From positions 1 to 35,639 of the forward strand of contig JBGAIN010000081.1 in the NCBI GenBank assembly GCA_044225505.1: a stretch of 35,639 bases of DNA. The letters run 5' to 3'. Positions 18,129 to 27,735 of the stretch are shown one piece after another. The stretch comes from Limisphaerales bacterium. Lineage in GTDB: Bacteria; Verrucomicrobiota; Verrucomicrobiia; Limisphaerales; SIBE01. The position numbers were made by a program, and so were the translations under genes. The notes beneath the pieces were generated by a model. The model was not told where the DNA came from. It saw nothing but the letters and a program-made list of their open reading frames with translations, and searched no databases. Numbering within the stretch: position 1 is the stretch's first letter; every line of letters starts with the position of its first letter.

Positions 18129-18494
18129 ATGCCCGCTAATTTTCCAGAAGTTTTTTCCGCACTGCGGGAGATTCTCAGGCGTCATGCAGGCAGATTGGTC
18201 GTCACGGAAGACACCACGAGCTGCTTTCGGTTGGAAGGGGGAATGCATCCGACGCATAAGAAACCATTCCCGATTGCGTGGGTCGCCGTTGGGAAGTCCT
18301 ACGTGAGTTTTCACCATATGGGGGTTTACGCTCGTCCGGACTTGCTAACGGGAGTATCGAAGGAGCTGAAGGCGCGGATGCAAGGCAAGTCCTGCTTCAA
18401 CTTCACATCGGCAGAGCCGGCGCTATTGGCGGAGCTTGAGGATCTGACAGTTCGAGGTTTCGATGCATTTCGGAACGCGCCATTCATGAAATGA
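18129..18494 (+). CDS. Small hypothetical protein, DUF1801/YdhG-like
   Basis: GKSYVSFHHMGVY...LKARMQGKSCFNF motif. Start 18129 or 18111. Confidence 0.7.
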   Translation: MPANFPEVFSALREILRRHAGRLVVTEDTTSCFRLEGGMHPTHKKPFPIAWVAVGKSYVSFHHMGVYARPDLLTGVSKELKARMQGKSCFNFTSAEPALLAELEDLTVRGFDAFRNAPFMK

Positions 18495-18872
18495 TATACG
18501 TCGATCCAAACGGGCCGAACACGAGGAGGAGACGAGCTGTCAAAAAATCCGATAAATCACGCCTGGGCGAATTGGTCGCCGCTGGCCTTATCTCCTTTAC
18601 ATCCTCGGACGGGTTTGCTTAAACAGTTCTCAGGAAGCAAGCAGAATTTGCAGACATGGATGCCCTTTTACAAGAGAGGCATCGGGCTGGGTGGAGCCTC
18701 GGTTTCCACCTCTTGCGGATGAGTCGGGAGGCTATAAGCCGGAGACGTTTTGTCTCCGGTTTTTTTGCCAAATCGTCCGAACCTAAACCCACCCATAACC
18801 AGGGCGCACCTCGTAAGTTTACCTGGTTGCCGCCAGGCGCCATGGACAGAGGTATTCGAGTTCGAACATTTC

Positions 18873-19904
18873 ATGAGAGCAGCGATCCTTTACGGGAAAG
18901 AAGAAATCCGGGTCGAAGAATTAGAGTTGCGTCCTCTCGCCCCGGGGGAGGTACGCATCGACATTCGGGCGGCGTTGACGTGCGGAACGGACCTGAAGGT
19001 GTTCCGTCGCGGATACCATGCCAAAATGATCGTACCGCCAGCTGTCTTTGGTCATGAGCTCTCCGGCGTCATTGCCGAGGTGCACCCCGAAACCGTGGGT
19101 TGGAAAGTTGGGGACCGCGTGGTCGCCGCGAACTCGGCGCCCTGCGGTGCGTGTTTGCACTGCCAGAATGGCCAGGAAAGTCTTTGCGACGACCTTCTGT
19201 TTCTGAACGGGGCTTATGCGGAATCGATCATTGTCCCGGACCGGATCGTTGCGAAGAACTTGCTGCGCCTCCGAGACACCACCGACTTTCCCAATGCGGC
19301 TTTAACTGAGCCGTTGGCTTGCGTGGTCCTGGGGATTGAGAGTCTGGAGTTGCGTCCAGGACAGTCGGTATTGGTGTTGGGATCCGGCCCAATCGGTTTA
19401 ATGTTTGCCGCGTTATTGAAGGACGCCGGATGCACCGTAACTCTTGCAGGGCGAGGAAAAGAGCGATTGCAGGCTGCGGTTCAGCTGGGGGTCGACCGTG
19501 TCCTCGATCTCCCACGGGAAATCGACACGGCCGTAGCGGTGCGAGATCAAACCAAGCGTGTTTTTGACGTGGTCGTAGAAGCGGTTGGTAAACCCGAGGC
19601 GTGGGAATCGGCGATTCAGTTGGTTCGAAAAGGTGGGCGAGTCAACCTGTTCGGAGGGTGTCCCGCCAACACCAAGGTCTCGATCTCAACCAGCCTGCTG
19701 CACTATTCAGGTCTGACGTTGCTCGCCACGTTCCATCACACGCCTCGCACCGTGCGGCGAGCCTTGCATCTGCTCGAGGAAGGGATTGTTCAGACGAAAG
19801 ATTTTGTCGACGGAACGTCGCCTTTGAGCCAACTCCCCGATCTGTTCCGAGGCATGTCTTTGGGCAATCGCGCTGTCAAAACGTTAATTGACGTCCGGAA
19901 CTGA
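18873..19904 (+). CDS. Zinc-dependent MDR alcohol dehydrogenase (sorbitol/threonine dehydrogenase-like)
   Basis: MRAAILYG start, TCGTD, GHELSG, structural Zn site CGACLHC-x7-C, TEPLAC, GSGPIG. Confidence 0.93.
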   Translation: MRAAILYGKEEIRVEELELRPLAPGEVRIDIRAALTCGTDLKVFRRGYHAKMIVPPAVFGHELSGVIAEVHPETVGWKVGDRVVAANSAPCGACLHCQNGQESLCDDLLFLNGAYAESIIVPDRIVAKNLLRLRDTTDFPNAALTEPLACVVLGIESLELRPGQSVLVLGSGPIGLMFAALLKDAGCTVTLAGRGKERLQAAVQLGVDRVLDLPREIDTAVAVRDQTKRVFDVVVEAVGKPEAWESAIQLVRKGGRVNLFGGCPANTKVSISTSLLHYSGLTLLATFHHTPRTVRRALHLLEEGIVQTKDFVDGTSPLSQLPDLFRGMSLGNRAVKTLIDVRN

Positions 19905-19946
19905 CCGAGCGGGCCCCTGAGGGCGTTGAAGGCTGCGGCTTCCAAC

Positions 19947-19976
19947 AAAAAGGGGGGAGTTGAGTCAACTCCCCCC
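19947..19976 (-). terminator. Intrinsic terminator between convergent genes
   Basis: GGGGGGAGTTGA-G-TCAACTCCCCCC perfect inverted repeat. A5 at 19947-19951 gives a U-tract on the - strand, about 20 bp after the stop at 19997. Confidence 0.85.
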
Positions 19977-19996
19977 GGTGCTAAATCCAGTGAAGC

Positions 19997-22165
19997 TTAG
20001 TCTCGCTCCACGCCACTGGTCCAATAGCGAACGATGTCGTCGGCGCTAGGCACTTTGAGTGGGCGAATAATGCGGAATCCAACAAACTGAGCGTCGGAGT
20101 GGTACCAGATGCTTTTTGGCAGCTGCGGGTCCTGGGCCTTCCAAGCTCGGTCTGAGGCTCGTCGAGCGGCGCTCCGCAGTAACGCGGCATCGTCATCGTC
20201 CCACGATCCACCACGAACCACGTGAGGGTAAGGTTTGGTTGCGCGGTTCCAGGGATTCTCGGCCGTCGCTGTGGCAAACTGACGGTAGTAATTGGGATCG
20301 TATTGATCCAAGCACCATTCGACAACATTGCCATACATATCACATAGTCCCCACGGATTCGGCTTCTTCTTTCCAACCTTTTGATACTTGAAATCGCTGT
20401 TCTTTGCGGACCAGGCGTAGTCGTCGAGGTCCTTCGGGTCGTCACCGAAGAAATAGGCAGTCGTCGTCCCCGCTCGGCAGGCATATTCCCATTCTGCCTC
20501 GGTCGGAAGGCGGTAAAAGTGGCCGGTCTTGGCACTTAGCCAGTGACAGTATTTGTTGGCGGCGTGCTGAGTCATGGAGATCGCTGGGTATCCGTATTTG
20601 CCCATGCCGAAGCTCATCTCAACGTAAGGTTTGGACGGACGAGTCACGGCATCCGCGACCTTGTCCACGTAGACATCGCCAGCGGTGGCCTTGGCCAGCT
20701 TCTTTTCATCTTCTGGATACATGAAGAGCTCGTACTCATTCCACGTGATCTCAAACTTGGCCATCCAGAATGCCGAGATCTTGACCTTGTGCTGCGGGCC
20801 TTCATCGGGTTTGCGCCCTTTTTCCGATTCAGGACTGCCCATCATGTATTCGCCGGCTGGAATCGGCATCATGACATAGGAGATCGACGTCCCAGGAATA
20901 GTATTGGTGTAAGGCTTCATCTCCTTTTCGCTGACATTGTCCATGACCGACATGATCTTCTTATAGATGTCAGGCACGGTAAGGTCGTCCGTGTCATCCA
21001 AAGACGGCAGCGATCCGTAGCCGTGAGTCGTGAACTTTCCTCCCTCAGCTTGATACACATGGTATTGGCTGGAGTATTTGCCTTTTGGTGGGATCGAAAG
21101 GACCACAAAACCATCTTTAAGCGGCACGGCGCCAAAGAAGGTATCCCCCGGCCGATTCGTCACGGTTTGAGAAAGCACCGGAGCTTTGCTCCCGTCAAAG
21201 TCGTAGACCGCCGCTGATTGGCCTTCACCAAAAATGAAAAGTAGCTTCGAGACGTTGCCTTGAGCCACGGCGAATGCCTGACGAATCGGTTTGTCCAACT
21301 CGAACGATTTACCGGCCCCGATTTGCAGCTTGCCCCCTTGATCTTCAACCGGTCGGAACTCCAGCTTCGCCTCACCGGATTTGTAGAACACAATGTCTCG
21401 TAGGGGCAGGTCTCGAAAGGTCCCAACGACGTAGTCGGATCCAGCGGCGATTCCAGAAGCACTCGCGGCCGTTACCGGTCGTCCGCTGCTCAAGTCGTCT
21501 GCTCGGAAGATATCACCATTGTCGCCGGACACGATTCCAGCGACCAGTTCGGACCCGCCGTTCAGCGTCACACGGTTGGCATGGGACAACGTTCCGGGCA
21601 GGGGCAATTCGGCGAGAGGCGTAAATTGTGTGCCAGCGGCTCGCATCAGGGTCACGCGGTTCGCGTTCGGCTCGCTGTTGCACATGCTCGTCACGTAAAC
21701 ATCCTGCACTGGCGTGTTCCCCTCACCGCCAATATCAATGGCAACGATAGTGTTCGGTCCAAGCGTCCGCGAGGCGAGAGCGAGAACAGGGCTAGCGCCG
21801 GTCTGATTTTTGGCGTCGGCAATACTCAGTTGGTTGGCATCCGCGGACGCAAACAGAAGCGCATCCCGGTCTGCCGCCAGAACCCGGCCGACATTCATCG
21901 CTGAAACATATTTCATTCCGCTGGGGCGAAAACTTACCCAGTTGAACAACCCGCTCGCTTGGCGATAGCCGAGACGGTACTTGCCCGTGTCTTTATCGAC
22001 GATAACGACGTCTTCCCTCGAATCACCATCGAAGTCACCCGACGAGACTAACTCACGTTCGGTCTCATAGACAAACGCGGGAGCCGGCGCCGATTGAAGC
22101 GATAGAGGAGGGGCGGTGAGAAGAGTAACTAAAACGAGAGGGGCAAGTAGATCACGGTTTTTCAT
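19997..22165 (-). CDS. Secreted protein with an N-terminal FG-GAP-like/beta-rich region and a C-terminal SUMF1/FGE-sulfatase-fold domain
   Basis: Signal peptide MKNRDLLAPLVLV; SGDFDGDSREDVV; IPAGEYMMGS, DEGPQHKV, YRLPTEAEWEYACRAG, PNPWGLCDMYGNVVEW, RGGSW, VGFRIIR. Confidence 0.88.
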   Translation of the reverse strand: MKNRDLLAPLVLVTLLTAPPLSLQSAPAPAFVYETERELVSSGDFDGDSREDVVIVDKDTGKYRLGYRQASGLFNWVSFRPSGMKYVSAMNVGRVLAADRDALLFASADANQLSIADAKNQTGASPVLALASRTLGPNTIVAIDIGGEGNTPVQDVYVTSMCNSEPNANRVTLMRAAGTQFTPLAELPLPGTLSHANRVTLNGGSELVAGIVSGDNGDIFRADDLSSGRPVTAASASGIAAGSDYVVGTFRDLPLRDIVFYKSGEAKLEFRPVEDQGGKLQIGAGKSFELDKPIRQAFAVAQGNVSKLLFIFGEGQSAAVYDFDGSKAPVLSQTVTNRPGDTFFGAVPLKDGFVVLSIPPKGKYSSQYHVYQAEGGKFTTHGYGSLPSLDDTDDLTVPDIYKKIMSVMDNVSEKEMKPYTNTIPGTSISYVMMPIPAGEYMMGSPESEKGRKPDEGPQHKVKISAFWMAKFEITWNEYELFMYPEDEKKLAKATAGDVYVDKVADAVTRPSKPYVEMSFGMGKYGYPAISMTQHAANKYCHWLSAKTGHFYRLPTEAEWEYACRAGTTTAYFFGDDPKDLDDYAWSAKNSDFKYQKVGKKKPNPWGLCDMYGNVVEWCLDQYDPNYYRQFATATAENPWNRATKPYPHVVRGGSWDDDDAALLRSAARRASDRAWKAQDPQLPKSIWYHSDAQFVGFRIIRPLKVPSADDIVRYWTSGVERD

Positions 22166-22418
22166 TGCATTTCGTGTCAAACAATACGTCGGGATTCTGT
22201 CCGATGCCAATTAAATGTCAAATCCCGAGGGGATGGAATTGAAGCATGCCTTCGCGGTTTTCAAGTGGCGCCGCCCCGTGGGGAAGAGAGCTGTCTGAGT
22301 TAAATCAGATTTGCCACCACTTTTGTGCTTGTCTTGGGGTTGGCTTGGATTCATAGAGACTAAATATAACCCAAATCCCTCGCCAGTGAGGGGCATCACC
22401 GCTCAGACCGATTGACTT

Positions 22419-23351
22419 ATGAAAAAGGAAGCGGCTTCCCACCCAGAGATCGTCGGCAACCAAGGTGCGTCCGGTTTGATTCACCCGATTATCATCTTCC
22501 CATTTAACGCTCCTACGGACTACTCGGACTTGGAGGAACTCTACGGAATGATTGGGCGCTTGAACGAAGATAAAACGCGCTTTGTCCGACCGATCACGGT
22601 CATTGATAGAAAAACTCACTCGGCAGCCGAGCGACATAAGCCCTATGCGCTTTTTCGGAATCAGGTCATCGCTAAGCACTCGGATATTCTGGATTCCTGG
22701 AGCGTGGATACTTGCCAGATGTGGTATGCAGGGCTCGGCTTGGCCTCTGAGAGCGGCGGGATAGGGGACGTTTATTGGCTGATTCCTGGCGACTTTAACT
22801 ACGGCACGGGAAGCGGTAAGGAGGTGCTGACCAGACTCCATGAGTTGCCGGAGATCGCGATCGATTTAAAGCAAGATCTTTGTGTGGGTGAAATCGCAAC
22901 GGATCATGTTAATTCAAAACAGCTTATTGATACCTACGCGACCTTTGCCCTCCTCTACAATTGGTTTCCCAAAGAAGCCGAGGGAATCCGGAAAATCACA
23001 GAACGGCCTCGATCAGAGTTCTTCGCCGTGGGACACGGCTTTCTTTGCGAATTGTTAAGGCAACGATGGTATGCCTACGAACAGACGATGGTGATGCTTC
23101 TAAAGGCCGTCTTCGGGCAAAAGCAGATTAGCAAGTTTTTCGTGGGAGGAATTTCAGATCTGCCTGAAGGCCGAGAATCGCTAGCCTCGGCGGTGCAACA
23201 GGTCGAGCGAACGGAGCGCGTGATCAAATCGCTATGGCTCGAATGGAAACAACCCCGACCCGGTTGGCCAGAGGAGTTTCTTGCTCTCGAACGAACCTCC
23301 GACGAAGTGCGGCGGACGGCGTTGCTGATCTTGCGGAATCTGCTCCGCTAA
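22419..23351 (+). CDS. Hypothetical cytoplasmic protein, possibly remote GT-A glycosyltransferase-like
   Basis: Clean 310-aa ATG ORF with globular composition, filling the gap between two - strand genes. The fold assignment is only a guess. Confidence 0.7.
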   Translation: MKKEAASHPEIVGNQGASGLIHPIIIFPFNAPTDYSDLEELYGMIGRLNEDKTRFVRPITVIDRKTHSAAERHKPYALFRNQVIAKHSDILDSWSVDTCQMWYAGLGLASESGGIGDVYWLIPGDFNYGTGSGKEVLTRLHELPEIAIDLKQDLCVGEIATDHVNSKQLIDTYATFALLYNWFPKEAEGIRKITERPRSEFFAVGHGFLCELLRQRWYAYEQTMVMLLKAVFGQKQISKFFVGGISDLPEGRESLASAVQQVERTERVIKSLWLEWKQPRPGWPEEFLALERTSDEVRRTALLILRNLLR

Positions 23352-23434
23352 GAGGCCGAGGGCTGTGGGCGTCCGATCTCGAAGACGGATGATCCGTGGC
23401 CGCATCGAGCTATTCGATGGGGTTGCTTTCCGCG

Positions 23435-23467
23435 AGCATTCCCGGAGATCTTATTTCCGGGAATGCT
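23435..23467. terminator. Hairpin between convergent genes, probable terminator
   Basis: AGCATTCCCGGA / TCCGGGAATGCT 12-bp perfect stem with 9-nt loop; weak U-tract. Confidence 0.55.
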
Positions 23468-23492
23468 TCGTAGTTAAAAAACGGCGTTCCGA

Positions 23493-24557
23493 TTAAGCGA
23501 CGGTAACTTCCCGGCTCAGGTAAACGTCTTGGATGGCATTCAACAGCCCAATGCCTTCTTTGAGCGGCCGTTGGAAAGCCTTTCGGCCTGAGATCAGACC
23601 CATGCCTCCCGCCCGCTTGTTGATCACCGCTGTCGTAACGGCGTTGGCCAGGTCTCCAGCCCCTTTCGATTCGCCACCGCTATTGATCAGTCCAGCGCGT
23701 CCCATGTAGCAATTCGCGACCTGGTAACGGCAAAGATCGATCGGGTGATCGCTCGTTAGTTCAGTATAGATTCTCTCGTCGAGTTTTCCATAGCTGGACG
23801 TGCCCGAGTTAAGCGCTTTAAACCCGGCGTTGTTCTCGGGGAGTTTCTGTTTGATGATGTCCGCTTGGATGGTCACGCCGAGGTGGTTCGCTTGCCCGGT
23901 CAAATCCGCTGCGACATGGTAGTCTTTGTCCTTCTTGAACGCATTGTTCCGCAGGTAACACCATAGCACAGTTGCCAGTCCAAGTTCATGGGCTTGCGCA
24001 AACGCTTGCGCCACCTCAACGATTTGTCGGCCACTCGGGTCCGATCCAAAGTAGATGGTTGCGCCGACCGCGGCCGCACCCATGTCCGCCGCTTGTTTGA
24101 CGGTGCCGAACATAATTTGGTCGAACTTATTCGGATAAGTCATGAGCTCGTTGTGGTTGATCTTCACGAGGAATGGGATCTTGTGGGCGTACTTTCGCGC
24201 CACCGCTCCGAGCACTCCGTAAGTCGACGCCACGGCGTTGCAGCCCCCTTCGATCGCTAACCGAACGATGTTTTCCGCGTCGAAATAATCTGGGTTTTTG
24301 GCGAAACTGGCGCCCCCAGAATGTTCGATGCCTTGATCCACAGGGAGAATGGATACGTATCCCGTTCCACCCAGACGTCCGTGGTTAAAGATGCGTTGCA
24401 GGTTGACAAGAACTTTGATATTCCGATCAGATACTCCGAATAATCGATCCACGACGTCTGGACCTGGGAGGTGCAGGCGATCTTTGGCAATTTTCGGGTT
24501 GTTAAAGTTCAGAAGGAACTCGGCTTTGTCTCCAAGGTATTGAGCAATAGTAGTCAT
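23493..24557 (-). CDS. fbaB: Class I fructose-bisphosphate aldolase (FbaB/DhnA)
   Basis: [64 protein letters not shown]. Start 24557 or 24563. Confidence 0.95.
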   Translation of the reverse strand: MTTIAQYLGDKAEFLLNFNNPKIAKDRLHLPGPDVVDRLFGVSDRNIKVLVNLQRIFNHGRLGGTGYVSILPVDQGIEHSGGASFAKNPDYFDAENIVRLAIEGGCNAVASTYGVLGAVARKYAHKIPFLVKINHNELMTYPNKFDQIMFGTVKQAADMGAAAVGATIYFGSDPSGRQIVEVAQAFAQAHELGLATVLWCYLRNNAFKKDKDYHVAADLTGQANHLGVTIQADIIKQKLPENNAGFKALNSGTSSYGKLDERIYTELTSDHPIDLCRYQVANCYMGRAGLINSGGESKGAGDLANAVTTAVINKRAGGMGLISGRKAFQRPLKEGIGLLNAIQDVYLSREVTVA

Positions 24558-25022
24558 GTTCATTCGTGTTCCGGCGGGACCAAGCTGCAGGGCAACCGTC
24601 AACGCTGATGTTAACCGCCGAATTTGTTATGGCGTTTGCAAAATATCTATCCTGGCCCACGAAGCAATAAGGAAGAACCTGATCCAATTCGGGTGGATTG
24701 GAAGAGGGTAGTAAGGGATTCCCTTAACGATAGGGCGATTTGGACTGGCGATGCTGCGCTAAAGCGATCAGAGTAGTCCCTTGCTGACCGACGCCATTTG
24801 ACTATTTGCGAACATTTGCTCGGGCAATGGTCGAGACAATTTGGGCGACTTCGATCGGCGCTTACGTGCGGTGAGGGTGTGCCCTGGCGCCACGCATCGG
24901 AGGCTGGTTTGGAAGTGCGCAACTCTTCACTTGCACTGCGACGTGGTCTGGGTCATCGGTGTTAGGAAACCTGCTGTAGAGCGAAGACAAACCTGGGATG
25001 CGGGTGTAGTTTAAACGAGAAC

Positions 25023-25277
25023 ATGAACGATACGGTGCAACGTCTTGCTAGACTTCGAGCGGAGTTCAGCCGCTTGAAAGCGCCCGACCCATACGAGTTG
25101 CCAATGTCGCCGGAGGAACTGAAGAAGTTGCAGGCAGAAATCCGGGTGGAGGGGCGTGCTTTAGTCGAGCAGTTGCAGGCGTTGGCCAAGGCGGGACGGG
25201 AACCGGGGTTGGTGACCGAGATTGCCGGACGTCTCGAACGAACTTTAGGCAAGCTCAGGTCGCAAGACGACGGTTGA
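25023..25277 (+). CDS. Small hypothetical helical protein
   Basis: 84-aa ATG ORF with amphipathic, charged composition. No family recognised. Confidence 0.5.
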   Translation: MNDTVQRLARLRAEFSRLKAPDPYELPMSPEELKKLQAEIRVEGRALVEQLQALAKAGREPGLVTEIAGRLERTLGKLRSQDDG

Positions 25278-25498
25278 TTCTGCATGCTTCCTGTTAATAG
25301 ACGCAGGATTCCAAGCCTCGCCTTAAGAGCCGCTTTCGAAGTTCCGGTTACCAAACGCCAATTGGGAACGTTTTAAACAAGTAGAGCGCGTCCAGAAATG
25401 GGTCGGGTATGTCCAAAAATGGGGCGCGCTTGGCTGGGACATGTGCAGCGAAGCGCTGTTCGCTTCGAAAGTAGTTCTCACAGCCAAACCGTTCAAGC

Positions 25499-25529
25499 AG
25501 CCGCTCCTGGGTGGGAGCGGCTTTTCTTT
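25499..25529 (+). terminator. Intrinsic terminator hairpin, possibly bidirectional, at the guaA 3' end
   Basis: AGCCGCTCC-TGGGTG-GGAGCGGCT followed by TTTCTTT. Confidence 0.6.
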
Positions 25530-25532
25530 AAC

Positions 25533-27074
25533 CTATTCCCATTCAATCGTTGCCGGGGGTTTACTCGAGATGTCCAAGCACACGCGGTTAGCGCCTTTGA
25601 CCTCATTGATAATTCGGTTGGAGATTTTCTCGAGGAGGTCGTAGGGGAGTTTAACCCAGTCGGCAGTCATTCCATCTTGCGATTCCACGACGCGAAGAGC
25701 GATGGTGTAGGCGTAAGTTCTTTCATCACCCATGACTCCGACGCTTCGCACTGGGAGCAAGACCGCAAAACTTTGCCAAACCTTGTAATACCAATCACTT
25801 GCTTTCATTTCCTCGACGACGATCGCATCGGCGTTCCGTAGGATGGTCAGTCGACGCGGCGTGACTTCCCCCAGGATGCGGACCGCGAGTCCCGGGCCTG
25901 GAAACGGTTGTCGATAAATGATCTCTTTGGGCAGCCCCAATTCCAGGCCCAGCTGCCGCACCTCATCCTTGAACAAACACTTCAAAGGCTCAACCAACTG
26001 GAACTTCATCTTTTTCGGTAATCCACCGACGTTGTGGTGACTCTTGATCAACGCCGCGGGATTGCCAGCAATTGGAACCGACTCGATGACATCGGGATAG
26101 AGAGTTCCTTGGGCGAGAAAACGCGCTTTCCCGGCACGCTTGGTGGCAGCCTGAAACACTTCAATGAACGTTCGGCCAATAATCTTGCGCTTCCTTTCGG
26201 GATCCGTGACTCCGCGGAGTCGCTTCAAGAAGAGGCTCGATGCATCTTCATACTGGAGCTTGATGTGAAAGTGCTTACCGAAAACATCACGAACCACGTC
26301 AGCTTCCCGCGCCCGAAGTAAGCCATTGTTGACGAAGATACACGTGAGTTGATCACCTACCGCTTTGTGGAGAAGGGCGGCCGCGACGCTGGAATCGACA
26401 CCGCCACTCAGCCCGAGAATGACGCGATCCTCTCCAACCTGTTTTCGGATCTCGTCCAGCGCCAAGTCCACGTAGTTGCGCATTGTCCATTCGTTACCGC
26501 ATTTGCAGATGGCGTGAACAAAGTTGCGGATGATTTCCCGGCCATGTTGGGTGTGCACTACCTCAGGATGAAACTGCAGGCCGTAAAAGTGCTTCGCTCG
26601 GTCTTCGACCGCCGCGAAATCGGAGTTCTCCGTGACCGCCACGGATTTGAAGCCTTTGGGTAACGCCGTCAGTTTGTCCCCATGAGAATTCCAAACTTGA
26701 GAACGCTCGGGCAACCCTCCGAGTAAGGGACATGAAGGATCCGTTACCTTGAGGTTTCCCTTTCCGTACTCGCGCTTTTGGCCTCGCTCAACTTTTCCGC
26801 CGAGAAACTGAGCGAGAAGCTGGATCCCGAAACAGATCCCGAGGACTGGAATTCCCAGCTTGAAGATCGCGCGATCGGGCAGAGGCGCATCCGGCGCGTA
26901 AACGCTGGAGGGGCCGCCCGACAGAATCAGTCCTTTCGGCTGGCGTAGCGCAATTTGCGTGGCGGGTGTATCAAACCTCAAGATCGTGGAATAGACTTTG
27001 CACTCACGGATGCGCCTGGCGATGACCTGAGTGTATTGCGAGCCAAAGTCTAAAATAACAATTTCGTCTGCCAT
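25533..27074 (-). CDS. guaA: GMP synthase (glutamine-hydrolysing)
   Basis: [55 protein letters not shown]. Confidence 0.98.
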   Translation of the reverse strand: MADEIVILDFGSQYTQVIARRIRECKVYSTILRFDTPATQIALRQPKGLILSGGPSSVYAPDAPLPDRAIFKLGIPVLGICFGIQLLAQFLGGKVERGQKREYGKGNLKVTDPSCPLLGGLPERSQVWNSHGDKLTALPKGFKSVAVTENSDFAAVEDRAKHFYGLQFHPEVVHTQHGREIIRNFVHAICKCGNEWTMRNYVDLALDEIRKQVGEDRVILGLSGGVDSSVAAALLHKAVGDQLTCIFVNNGLLRAREADVVRDVFGKHFHIKLQYEDASSLFLKRLRGVTDPERKRKIIGRTFIEVFQAATKRAGKARFLAQGTLYPDVIESVPIAGNPAALIKSHHNVGGLPKKMKFQLVEPLKCLFKDEVRQLGLELGLPKEIIYRQPFPGPGLAVRILGEVTPRRLTILRNADAIVVEEMKASDWYYKVWQSFAVLLPVRSVGVMGDERTYAYTIALRVVESQDGMTADWVKLPYDLLEKISNRIINEVKGANRVCLDISSKPPATIEWE

Positions 27075-27239
27075 ATAATCGTGCACTGCCCGAGCAGGTT
27101 CCTAGACCAATGATCGAATCGTCTGAGAGCGATTGTCATCAAACTGCGCGGTTCAGGCAAGATTTAGCACGAGGAAATCGTTCGCAACGGTTGGTCGGAC
27201 GATCCGGAATCGTTGCGTCACTGTCGATGCCATCTTAGT

Positions 27240-27596
27240 CTAACGCGGACGAACTGGGCGGATCTCGCCCGTCTTAGGGTTGTATGTCCAAACAAAGCCG
27301 GGCGGCGCTTGCGGAATTGCGGCAACGTAGTGTTGGGCGACCAGCTCGTCCAGGTCCTTGGGGAACCGATCTTCTTGAGCGTAGAAAAGTTGGATCGCCT
27401 GGTGGAGAGCAGTTAGGTCGACGGTTTTGGTGGCAACGTTCTTCGCTTTGGCAACAGCTCCGAGATAATCCACTGGCGCAGTAATAGGATTTCCCGTCGC
27501 GGACACTTTCGGGTGGGAGCCGCTGTCCGAATCCTTCTTTTGGCACGCAGTCAGGACCAGTGCGAGAGCCAGGATCGCCCATGCGGCAATTCTCAT
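27240..27596 (-). CDS. Small hypothetical lipoprotein
   Basis: Lipoprotein signal MRIAAWAILALALVLTA-C; C-terminal AIQLFYAQEDRFPKDLDELV segment resembling pilin/pseudopilin head regions. Confidence 0.7.
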   Translation of the reverse strand: MRIAAWAILALALVLTACQKKDSDSGSHPKVSATGNPITAPVDYLGAVAKAKNVATKTVDLTALHQAIQLFYAQEDRFPKDLDELVAQHYVAAIPQAPPGFVWTYNPKTGEIRPVRPR

Positions 27597-27735
27597 GTTT
27601 CTAACTTACCAACGGGACGAGCAAATCCAAGCCGAAGTTTTCCGCGGTCGCCGATTTGTGGAGAAAGCTGACAGGCCAGGGCGCTCGCGGGAATTTGCCT
27701 TGGTCTTGGCGGGGCACGGTGCTAAATCACCCGGA

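Noticed and set aside
18514..18620. Complete attC after the DUF1801-like gene
   Set aside because: Only an R''-like GCCGAAC is visible; no convincing L boxes or R'
24712..24726. Palindrome TAAGGGATTCCCTTA upstream of fbaB
   Set aside because: 7-bp arms, single occurrence; not distinguishable from chance without conservation data
24600..25533. Genomic island integrated at the guaA 3' end (a known hotspot)
   Set aside because: No integrase and no duplicated guaA 3' end seen; only a small ORF and intergenic DNA
27075..27239. Purine riboswitch ahead of guaA
   Set aside because: No recognisable aptamer consensus or terminator
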